A stretch of DNA of 64,000 nt from Candidatus Zixiibacteriota bacterium (GTDB lineage: Bacteria > Zixibacteria > MSB-5A5 > GN15 > FEB-12): NCBI GenBank assembly GCA_041742355.1, contig JBGSIV010000157.1, positions 35,446 through 99,445 on the forward strand, given 5' to 3'. The position numbers and the translations under genes were made by a program. The notes under the pieces are model-generated. The model ran no database searches. It had not been told where the DNA came from and saw nothing but the letters and a program-made list of their open reading frames with translations. Position 1 is the first letter of the stretch; the number at the start of each line of letters is the position of its first letter. This document shows positions 20,661 through 29,700 of the stretch, in pieces.

Positions 20661-20688
20661 TTACGAAACCGTTTTGCGCAAAGTTTCA
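20661..20688 (-). promoter_or_regulatory. Putative canonical ECF promoter (TGAAAC-N17-CGTAA)
   Basis: Minus strand TGAAAC tttgcgcaaaacggttt CGTAA upstream of the DUF5916 gene; fits the AAC/CGT ECF consensus. Confidence 0.5.
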
Positions 20689-20836
20689 TGTCGCGGAAAA
20701 AAGGGGAGCGCAAAATCTGCTCACCGGGGAATCACGTTCAAAGGTCCACCATCACATTTCGCCGCAGCGGTATTGCGCTCGGCGGCAGAGATCATATATT
20801 ATGGATCATTATTATCCAAAGAAGCGAGGCGCGACG

Positions 20837-21508
20837 ATGAACTACACACAGGCCATGGCCGCTTTGCAGCAGGCCGGATCGGAAAAGACGGCAAACACCT
20901 ACCGCCGCCACGGAGTGAAAGGGGAGGTGTTCGGCGTGAGTTTCGCCGCCCTGGCGAAGTTCAAGAAGCAGATCAGAACGAACCAGCCGCTGGCCGAGGA
21001 ACTCTGGGCATCGGGGAATGCCGATGCGCGGATCCTCGCGGCCATGATCGCCGATCCGACCAAAATGGCCGAAACGACGATCGAGAAGTGGCTGAAGGAT
21101 GCCGACTATCACGTCCTCGCCGACTACGTGGCGTCGGCCGCCGCACGCACACCGTTCGCCAAACAACTGATGACCAGGTGGATGAAGAGCACGCAGGAGT
21201 TTGTCCGGCAGGCCGGGTACGCCATGCTTGCGTCCATGCTCAAAGACGGGCTGGGGGAAATCACCGAAGCGGAGTGCGAAGCGTTCCTCGGGACAATAGA
21301 ACGGGAGATCCATGGTTCCCCCAACCGGGCCCGGCAGGCGATGAACAACGCCCTCATCGCCATTGGGATCTACCGCGCCGGATTGACGCGCCCCGCCTGC
21401 GAGGCCGCCGCCCGCATCGGTCCGGTCGATGTCGACCACGGCGACACCGCCTGCAAGACGCCCGACGCCGCCGCCTACATAGCCAAGGCGCTCGCCCGCA
21501 AGAAGTAA
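20837..21508 (+). CDS. DNA alkylation repair protein (AlkD-like HEAT repeat)
   Basis: FGVSFAAL, LAEELWASGNADARILA, AMNNALIAIG, IGPVDVDHGDTACKTPDA. Confidence 0.8.
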   Translation: MNYTQAMAALQQAGSEKTANTYRRHGVKGEVFGVSFAALAKFKKQIRTNQPLAEELWASGNADARILAAMIADPTKMAETTIEKWLKDADYHVLADYVASAAARTPFAKQLMTRWMKSTQEFVRQAGYAMLASMLKDGLGEITEAECEAFLGTIEREIHGSPNRARQAMNNALIAIGIYRAGLTRPACEAAARIGPVDVDHGDTACKTPDAAAYIAKALARKK

Positions 21509-21644
21509 CCTTGTCCCGTTTGGCCCATCGAGACCGCTTCCCTTCACGCAATTTCATTGAACAATCGATGGAGATCTAGGGGGGCAGCAGTACCAGTAGA
21601 AAGACGATCCAAGCGTCACTTCACTGCTACTGGAGGGAAGGCCG

Positions 21645-22100
21645 ATGGCGTTTCATGTGAACCAGTTCGCCGATCTGATGAGGCGCGTCCTCGCGAATTA
21701 TGGCCTCGGCGGGGAGGCCGCCGAAAATCTGCTCCTCGGAACCGCGGCTGTCGAAAGCCGCTTTGGAACATGCTTGCGGCAGGTCGGCGGAGGGCTGGCC
21801 CTGGGAGTGTTCCAGATGGAACGGCCGACATTCGAATGGCTGCGGGAGACATACCTGGGGAGCTTCCCCGAGATCGAGAACCGGTGTTTCGATGAACTGG
21901 AGTGGGATCTGCGGCTGGCGATTCTCTTCGCCCGCCTGCGCTACCATGCCGTGCCGGCCCCGTTGCCGGCGGCGGAGGATACTCAGGGATTGGGAGCGTA
22001 CTGGAAGGAGCACTATAACACCCGGAAAGGCAAAGGAACCGTCGCCGGGTTTGTCGCGGCATATCGGGAATTCGTGGAAGGGAAATTACGCCACGTCTGA
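21645..22100 (+). CDS. Putative phage-type lysozyme-like/lytic transglycosylase
   Basis: GGAGG RBS; motifs TAAVES, GVFQME, YWKEHYNT..GKGT mirror SLT motifs ES / GxxQ / YN. Confidence 0.6.
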   Translation: MAFHVNQFADLMRRVLANYGLGGEAAENLLLGTAAVESRFGTCLRQVGGGLALGVFQMERPTFEWLRETYLGSFPEIENRCFDELEWDLRLAILFARLRYHAVPAPLPAAEDTQGLGAYWKEHYNTRKGKGTVAGFVAAYREFVEGKLRHV

Positions 22101-22257
22101 CGCGACCAATGACGGTGTCGCCGCGAACCGAGGGCAATGAATCGCGGGCGGGGCCGTGAGGTGCCCCGCCCGCATGTCAGGGGTAGGGTCGCGTTGCAGC
22201 TGCCGGAAGGGAACTGACCCCCCGGCGCTATCAGGGTTGTTGTCGGTCCGGTTGCCG

Positions 22258-23469
22258 CTATCCCTCGGACAGTTCGAGGTTGCTGCGATTGAGCCCGCAG
22301 GAGCCGGGACCGATTTCACCGACGTTAAATCGGTGCAGAATGTGCTGCCACTGGTGAACGAGACGCATCTCACTGCGCGTGAGCGCCGCTCGCTTCGTGA
22401 TCGCTCTGCTGCCGATAAACTGATCGGCAGCAACTATGACCTCCGCCACAGCGCTGTCGTCGGCGCCGGCGGCAATGTTGAGCTTGGCTGCCAGCAGTTC
22501 GGAGAACAGGGGCTTCATGGCCGCAAAAAGCCTCGCCCGATGGCAACGCAGGAGGTACTCCTTGGCCTCACAGTTGCTGTTGATCTCGACACTCTGCGGC
22601 CCGCCCGGCGTACCCAGCCAGATCGGCAGCAGCGGCGTTATCGAATCGATCTTCGCGCGCGGAGCGCAGCCGCTGTGGCGAAGCCACCAGCTGGCCGAAC
22701 GGGTGCAGCCGTGATCGACCGGTTCCTCAATCACCGTGCTGTCGCCCGGGTCACCGTTGCCGGTGGAGTCGTTCGGGTCGATCACGATCGTGGTGTCACT
22801 GCCGGGATCGGTCGACGTCGTGTCGCTCGGGGGAGGGGTGTAGAGCGGAAGATCGATGTACACAAGGCCCTGGTACTCGGAACCGACTGCGGCGTACCCG
22901 GTGAAGAGAACCTCGGCGAACCCGTAGTTGCCGTCGGGGATGCTCTGGTCGATGGAGGCATCATGCATGACCGGAAACTGCTCGCAGGTGTCGCCGTTCG
23001 GCCCGGCATAGCAGACGACCAGGTAGGGCTTCATGAAGACGTTGTCGCGGCTGAAGAACAGCCCGCGCGGTGCCGATGCGGCCTGATCCAGAAGCAGGCC
23101 GTGGTTGACATACTGCCCGCGAATCCAGCCGCGGACAAGCGGCGTGATGTCGGCGGTCCTCCACCCCGGCGCGTTCGCCACCAGCGAGCCTTCCGCGGCA
23201 GCGTCAAACGCCCCGCCGAAATTGGCCCAGGTCACGGCCGAATCCGACCAGGAACTGGTGACCCGGTGCAAGCTGACCGTCTGCATGCTCGGGCTGGAGC
23301 AGTACAGGTACAAAGTAGCGCTCTGGATTGAATCAGGGATAATACCGGCGGCCAAAGCCAGGTAGGTATCGGTGCCGGGAACGGTATTGTTGGATCCGAT
23401 CGGGTTCTGTTGCGAACACCCGACCAGGATGCTTAGTACGCTGGCAAGAATGATGGTAGCTTTTCGCAT
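22258..23469 (-). CDS. Lipoprotein with DNRLRE-like domain
   Basis: Lipobox LVGC; SATLYLY...LHRVTSSW...VTW, DITPLVRGW...NHGLLL; D/T/P-rich linker; C-terminal GCTRSASWW domain. Confidence 0.7.
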   Translation of the reverse strand: MRKATIILASVLSILVGCSQQNPIGSNNTVPGTDTYLALAAGIIPDSIQSATLYLYCSSPSMQTVSLHRVTSSWSDSAVTWANFGGAFDAAAEGSLVANAPGWRTADITPLVRGWIRGQYVNHGLLLDQAASAPRGLFFSRDNVFMKPYLVVCYAGPNGDTCEQFPVMHDASIDQSIPDGNYGFAEVLFTGYAAVGSEYQGLVYIDLPLYTPPPSDTTSTDPGSDTTIVIDPNDSTGNGDPGDSTVIEEPVDHGCTRSASWWLRHSGCAPRAKIDSITPLLPIWLGTPGGPQSVEINSNCEAKEYLLRCHRARLFAAMKPLFSELLAAKLNIAAGADDSAVAEVIVAADQFIGSRAITKRAALTRSEMRLVHQWQHILHRFNVGEIGPGSCGLNRSNLELSEG

Positions 23470-23833
23470 AACCGCGTCCTCCTTTCAAGGGCGTCGGAGC
23501 AATTGAGATCGATGCCGAGAGATACCTCGCAAACCAGGTGCGGGCCCGGAAAATATTTCCAGTGTCGCGTAAGGCATTGACATGAAGCACGATAGGCTCG
23601 CGAGGCGTGCGAGTGCCTTCCGAAACACCCGATTTCGCTGTTCGGAAGCCGAGCATTTTGATCGACAAATGAACACCTGCAACGGGGAAACTGACCTCCC
23701 TGTAGTCCGGTTTAGGGCGTAGTGGGTATTGAGCGCTCGCTCTGGGCTTCCGACCGGCCCTTGTTTCCAAAGGCATGCATGGGGAAGACTGGGGGGGCAG
23801 CGGTTCGGCCAAAGGGAAACGAAAGGAGTCGAA

Positions 23834-24322
23834 GTGGACAATAATGATGTGCGCGAAAAAATCGCCGATCTGGGAGATCGCGAGGCGGTGAAAATGCTCA
23901 ACACGGTTGCCAAACCGTTTGCCGCCGATGGCGTTGTGGAGCACACGCTTCGGGAAGAACAGGTCCAGGCGCTGCGGCGGGATCTGCGGGTCGATCCGGC
24001 TTCGCTGCAACCGACCGACGGCCGGATCGCCCGGTTGGCGTTGCAGGTAATGGCGCAGAATCCGGAATTCGCATCGGAGATTCGTGAGTTCCTGCTGCGG
24101 CCAGATATGCGGATCGTGCAGGTGGAGACACCGGTGCAGGATCTTGACTCGCCGACGCTCTTGTACGCGCTGCGGACATCGGTGAATTTCGAGCGAGACG
24201 AGCAGGGTCGGACGAGTGCGCGAATAACCGCGCTGGCGCCCGACCGCCATGTACTGCAGGAGTTTGTCGGAGGACTGCTCTCCCGACTTCCACCGGGACC
24301 ACCCAATCCGCCGCGCCGGTGA
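23834..24322 (+). CDS. Hypothetical protein
   Basis: AAGGAG RBS then in-frame GTG; protein-like composition. Confidence 0.65.
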   Translation: MDNNDVREKIADLGDREAVKMLNTVAKPFAADGVVEHTLREEQVQALRRDLRVDPASLQPTDGRIARLALQVMAQNPEFASEIREFLLRPDMRIVQVETPVQDLDSPTLLYALRTSVNFERDEQGRTSARITALAPDRHVLQEFVGGLLSRLPPGPPNPPRR

Positions 24323-24426
24323 CGCCGGCGACGGGTTGCAGTCTTCACTTGCACTCCGGGTCGCGGGTCCTATCTTTGTACTCTGGCAGCAGGATTAAGA
24401 GCAGTTTTGAATAGAGGAGACCGCGA

Positions 24427-24966
24427 ATGCTCTCAAAAGACGATGCCGTGCTGGTGGTGATCGATGTCCAGGGGCGGCTCGCGACACTTATGCACGATCG
24501 GGAGACCTTCTTTACCAACGTCGTGCGCATGATCAAAGGCGCGCGGGCACTCGGCGTGCCAATTCTCTGGACCGAACAGCTGCCCGACAAGCTGGGGGAA
24601 ACGCTGCCGCAAATCAAGGAGCAGCTCGACGGCGTGGAACTGCTGGTCAAGAAGACCTTCTCGTGCTGCGGCGACGGCGGTTTTCCTGCACGGCTAAAGG
24701 CAACCGGACGGCGCCAGGTTCTGGTCGTCGGGATGGAAACGCACGTGTGCGTATACCAGACCGCGATGGATCTGCTGCGCGACGGTTACCAGGTGCACCT
24801 CGTAACCGATGCCGTGTCGTCGCGCATCCCCTCCAATCGCGAACTGGGTATCCAGGTGATCAAGGAGGCCGGCGCGCGCCTCACGAGCGTCGAGATGGCG
24901 CTGTTCGAAATGCTCGTCGTGGCGCAGGGAGACGAGTTCAAACAGGTGATCCAGATAGTCAAGTAG
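24427..24966 (+). CDS. Isochorismatase family hydrolase
   Basis: VIDVQ, TEQ, KKTFSC, GMETHVCVYQT, DAVSSR. Confidence 0.93.
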   Translation: MLSKDDAVLVVIDVQGRLATLMHDRETFFTNVVRMIKGARALGVPILWTEQLPDKLGETLPQIKEQLDGVELLVKKTFSCCGDGGFPARLKATGRRQVLVVGMETHVCVYQTAMDLLRDGYQVHLVTDAVSSRIPSNRELGIQVIKEAGARLTSVEMALFEMLVVAQGDEFKQVIQIVK

Positions 24967-25037
24967 TGATTGCTCGGCCGGACTCACCGTGCGGTGATTT
25001 GCCGACACTAGCGTTCAAAACCATATCGAGGAGTACT

Positions 25038-25805
25038 ATGAAGTGGAACCGCGTTCTGGTCGCCCTGATGGCGGCGGCGTTGCTGATGCCCGCAGTGGCA
25101 TCGGCCGATGCGTACCTGAAGACAGTCACTGAAACCGAGGCCATGCAGATGGGCGGACAGACAAGACCGGCCCAAAGCGATACCAGCGAACTCTGGGTGA
25201 GCCCGACTAAGGCAGCGACGATCCTCGGATCGTCCCAGAAAGTCATCCTCGACACCGACGCGGGGAAATTCTACTTTGTGAAGCCGGACCAGAAGGCGTA
25301 TGCCGAATTCCCGGCCGACATGCTCGGCACGATGGTCGATAGCATCGCCGGACCGGACAAGGCCAAAGCGGACTCCATCCGTACTATGATGTCGCAGATG
25401 ATGGGTGACGTCACCTACGTGGTGGAGGCAACCGATTCGACTAAGAAGATCGGCGAGTGGAACACGCGCAAGTTCAACGTCATCATGACCATGCCCATGG
25501 GCGGCAAGATCACGGCCGAAACTTGGGTCACAAAAGATGTCAAAATCGACTGGGGCATGTACCGGGCCATCATGATGCAAACGCTGGCATTCATGCCAAA
25601 CGCCGACAAGATCTACCAGGAGGCGCGCAAGCTCGATGGCCTCTCCGTGGAAACCAGGATGACCACCGAGATGATGGGGATGACGATGAAGGCGGTGTCG
25701 CGTCTGCTCGAGTTCAACGCCGACAGCAAACCGCCGGCGGGAGTCTACGAAGTCCCGGCGGATTACACCAAATCGGACAATCCCATGATGTTTATGGGGC
25801 AGTAG
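25038..25805 (+). CDS. Exported DUF4412-like protein
   Basis: GAGGAG RBS; signal peptide MKWNRVLVALMAAALLMPAVASA; TKKIGEWNTRKF, ETWVTKD, YEVPADY. Confidence 0.75.
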   Translation: MKWNRVLVALMAAALLMPAVASADAYLKTVTETEAMQMGGQTRPAQSDTSELWVSPTKAATILGSSQKVILDTDAGKFYFVKPDQKAYAEFPADMLGTMVDSIAGPDKAKADSIRTMMSQMMGDVTYVVEATDSTKKIGEWNTRKFNVIMTMPMGGKITAETWVTKDVKIDWGMYRAIMMQTLAFMPNADKIYQEARKLDGLSVETRMTTEMMGMTMKAVSRLLEFNADSKPPAGVYEVPADYTKSDNPMMFMGQ

Positions 25806-25830
25806 CGGTCCCCTGTACAGTGACATTCCT

Positions 25831-25861
25831 GAGGCAGGTCATCCGACCTGCCTCTCTTCTT
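25831..25861 (+). terminator. Intrinsic terminator hairpin
   Basis: GAGGCAGGTC-ATCC-GACCTGCCTC followed by a pyrimidine tract. Confidence 0.6.
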
Positions 25862-26506
25862 AGGGAAACAGGACTGCGGTAGTCCTCATAAGCGCATGCT
25901 TAAGGAACGCTGCGAGATCTGGGGTATCACCGAGCGCAACCAGGACATCATCAATCCCCCGCCGAAAGATAAGATCCTCCGCCGGCCGAGTCTTGATGCC
26001 GCCACGCCCAACGGCTGACACCCGGAACTGCTGCGAATCGCAAGAGCAGAAGGACTCATAGTGGAGTACGTGCTTCCTTTGAATGGCGACGAGTGGGATA
26101 CGCACGAAGCGTCGCACTGGCGCGGATTCTGCGCCCGATTGCGGAAGATCCCCGGCCACCCGGAATGACCCGACGTGATAAGAACCATGCTTCCGCGGCA
26201 AGACCACTTCGTGCTGTGCGGTCGAAAGTATATCCGTTGGGCCATCTTCATTCTAACTTCTGTCTAAGTTGGCACTGAGCGACAGCTCTACTGGTAAGGC
26301 CCGCAGTCGGGTGTAAGTGTCTGTTGTGGATAGCAGTGGTGCTTTGCTGTCATCACTTGTCAGGATGGCGAGATCCAGAAGAGTATCTTCAACCTCACGG
26401 TTCTTCTCCGGGAACAAAGAGAAGGACTTCGGCGTTTCTGGATTCAGAAGCACGGAAATTGGGTATTTTTTCTTGACAAAGGGTATGAGAATCTGTTAAT
26501 CAACAG

Positions 26507-26534
26507 TTGACATTGACGAAAAAAGATATATACT
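26507..26534 (+). promoter_or_regulatory. Sigma-70-type promoter (TTGACA-N16-TATACT)
   Basis: TTGACA 26507-26512 and TATACT 26529-26534; extra TTGACA at 26473 and TATAAT at 26549 in an AT-rich patch. Confidence 0.6.
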
Positions 26535-26564
26535 GCGGTCGCAAAAGATATAATCTGCGGGCGC
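26521..26564. repeat. Tandem 22-bp direct repeat overlapping the promoter
   Basis: AAAAGATATATACTGCGGTCGC / AAAAGATATAATCTGCGGGCGC (19 of 22 identical). Confidence 0.8.
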
Positions 26565-26685
26565 AGAAGAAAAGCCCCCTAGAAACCCTGCCTGTCCCCC
26601 CTCCCGTGTGCTCAAGCCCAACAGGCAGGGTTTCCTCCATTTAGTAAAGACCCTCCGGTCGACGACCGGAGGGTCTTTACCGTTC
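26560..26685 (+). ncRNA. Candidate small RNA or structured leader
   Basis: Perfect 14-bp stem (26582-26595/26621-26634) with a C-rich loop, then a perfect 17-bp hairpin (26644-26680), downstream of a strong promoter; no ORF in the track here. Confidence 0.4.
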
Positions 26686-26744
26686 AGGCCTATCCGCCGG
26701 TCTGCCGGAATTAGCGTTGGATTTTTCAGACCCCACTATATCTT

Positions 26745-29700
26745 ATGGACATGAGAGCCCTTCAGGCCGTGCTGACGACTGTGCTGCTCGCCACGGCAGC
26801 CGTGGTCGTAACCGCGGGGCCGCCGGCGAGGCAACTCAAGGTCTCCACTACCGATAGTCCGGTATTTCTGCCGTACGAGGTGACTGTTCGAGAGTATGCC
26901 TCGACGTCTCCGGCAAGTCGTGTCGTTGGCCGGGCGCTCTCAGTTCTGAAACCCTCCCTGTTTCCCGGTGACAGCGCGATCGTAATCTACGCTCACAATC
27001 CGGTGCCGTCACTCGATAACCCGGCTTCGTTCACCGTTGACAACTTCACCCGCCGCTTGGTGATCGACGACAATCCGATCCGAATGGTGCTCAACGATTA
27101 TCGGATTTTCTTCGGCTCTAGTCTCACGGACGCACGGGTATTCACGACCGGCTTTCGGAATGATTCGGCCTTTGCCGCGACCTTGTCGCCGTTCGGCGAC
27201 ACCGTCTCATGGCTGTATCTGACCACCGGCGAAGATCACAGCGGGGATGGTAACTGGGAGCCGGAGCTGGCTGTCGTGGCGATAACCGACTTTGACTACG
27301 ACGGCCGGCGAGAGGGATTCGTTCTGGTTAACGCCGGACGCGATTTGACGCCGCGGGAATTGTTCTGTATCGATATTGAAGCACTGGCGATCGAATGGTC
27401 GCTCCCGGTGGCCACCGGGGTCGGCTGGGGTGGCCTGTATCCCTGTGGGGATTCTGCCGATCCGGGCGTCATCTTCGCTTCCTACAATCCAAAGCAGGGC
27501 GTGTCCGACAGCCTGTTCAGCGACAGCTGGGCGTATGTGACGGTCGTCGATCGCGCCGGACAGGTCCGGCTGCACCGGGTCATTGCCAACGACCACGGGC
27601 ACATCCACATTTTGCCCACCTCGTCTCCGGATGAGTTTCTCGTGGCCCACGAGGTTCCGTTCGTTGCGCCGCAGGACACCGTTGATTTCCCGCCGAACGA
27701 TTTTCGCGTTTCGGTTCTGAGGATCAATGGCGAGGTGGTCGCTTCGACTCCGTCGCTGCCCAACCCGATACGCTCGATGTGGCGTCCGCTGGCGGCTGAA
27801 GGGAAGGGGGGGCTGTGGGGAATCACGACCGATGGCCGGGTTTGGCGGTTTAACGACCGGCTCGAAGTTCTGGCGAATTCGGAGCCGAGTGGTCTGCAAT
27901 GTCATGCGGCCACCATTGCCTTGCCGGGGATGAGCGATTCAGTCTGGGTTTTCAATTCCGAGATCGGAACAGTTGTCGTTTCGTCCGAATTAAAACAGCT
28001 CGCCCTGCTCAGTCCGACCGGCGCTGGAATCACTGATCTGCTGGAATACGACGCCGACCGCCAGGCAGCCTCCTTTGTTAGTGGCGGCGGCATTTCGACG
28101 TATGTGGTTACTTTGCGTCACCGGGGACTCGCGTCCTACCTGAACGCCTTTCTCAACGAGTACCGGGTGCATCTGCTGGGGGCCGTAATCGGTCTGCTCG
28201 TCCTTTTGGTTGCGCTCAACTATCGGCGGGCGAAGGTGCTCCAGCGGCTGCGAGGCCGCGAGGTGGATTTTCTGGCGTTCTGCAACGCCACCCCCGATCT
28301 GGCGTTTCGCATAGATCGAAACCTGGTACTGCGCGACTACTGGGCGGGCGATCGCTCCCAGCTGGCGGTCGGTCCGGACCAGTTCATGAATCGACCGATG
28401 AGCGCCTGGGCCTCGCCCGAATTGATTCGACAGGCGGCTGATTGTGTCGAGCGCACGCTGGCGACGCAGACTCTGCAGACGATCAACTACACACTCGAAG
28501 TCCACGGCGAGTCGCGACACTACGAGATGCGTATGGCGCCGGTCGGCCGCGACGAGATACTGGCGGTGGCACGAAACATCACCGATCAAGTGCGCGCCGA
28601 GCAGGATCTGCGCAATTCGGAGCAGCGGTTCCGCCTGCTCTTCGAGGGGGCTCGCGACGCCGTGGTGATTGCCGAGACCGAGACGGGGATCATTGTCGAT
28701 GTCAATCGTCGGGGAGAAGAGCTGTTCGGCTGCCCCAGAAGTGAGCTGATAGGCAAGCACCAGACACAGCTGCATCCCGCGGAATCGCGGGAGAAGTACG
28801 CCAGTATGTTCCGTGAGTATGTTGACCAGGGGGGAAAGCAGATTCCGCAGGTGGCGGACATCTGGCGGGCGGATGGGCAGCGATGGCCGGTGGAGATCAG
28901 CGCGGCTCTGGTAGAAATTCAGGGGCAATCGTATATACAGGGGTTGTTTCGGGACATCTCGGAGCGTCTTGAGGCCGAAGATGCCCTGCGCCAGAGCGAG
29001 GAGCGGTTCCGCACACTCGTCGCCAACGTCCCCGCGGCAATCTACCGTGCCCTGCCCAAACCGGGACAGCCGATGGACTTTGTCTCGGATGAAATCGAAT
29101 CGATCACCGGCTTTGCCGCCGCTGTCTTTCTGCCCGGCGGCGGTAAGCCATACCGAGACCTGGTCCACCCCGATGATCTTCCGGCCCTCGACGCCGCCAT
29201 CGGCCCGGCCATCACCAGCCAGCAGTCCTTCTCCATCGAATACCGCCTGCGCGACCGCCGAGGGGAAATCCACTGGGTCCATGAACGGGGGCAGTGTGTG
29301 GTCGGCCCGGACGGAGAGGTCAGTTTCATCGATGGCGCCGTGTACGATATCACGGAACGCAAGCTGGCCGACCAAGCGCTGCGCGAAAGTGAGGAGAAGG
29401 CGCGAGCGCAGTTCAAGGGCATGCCGGTCCCGACCTACACGTGGCAGCGGACGGAAGACGATTTCGTGCTGGTGGACTACAATGACGCCGCTGTCGTAGC
29501 GACGGAAGGGAAGATCGCGTCAATCGTGGGCAGCCGCTGTTCGGATCTGTACGGAGAGCGGTCGCAGATGCAAGACGACATGCAAACCTGCTGCGAAAGT
29601 CGCACAACCGTCATACGCGAAATGCACTATGCCTTCCAGACAGTTCAGAAAACGGCCTGGATGCTCGTACACTACGTGTTCGTGCCGCCGAATCTCGTTC

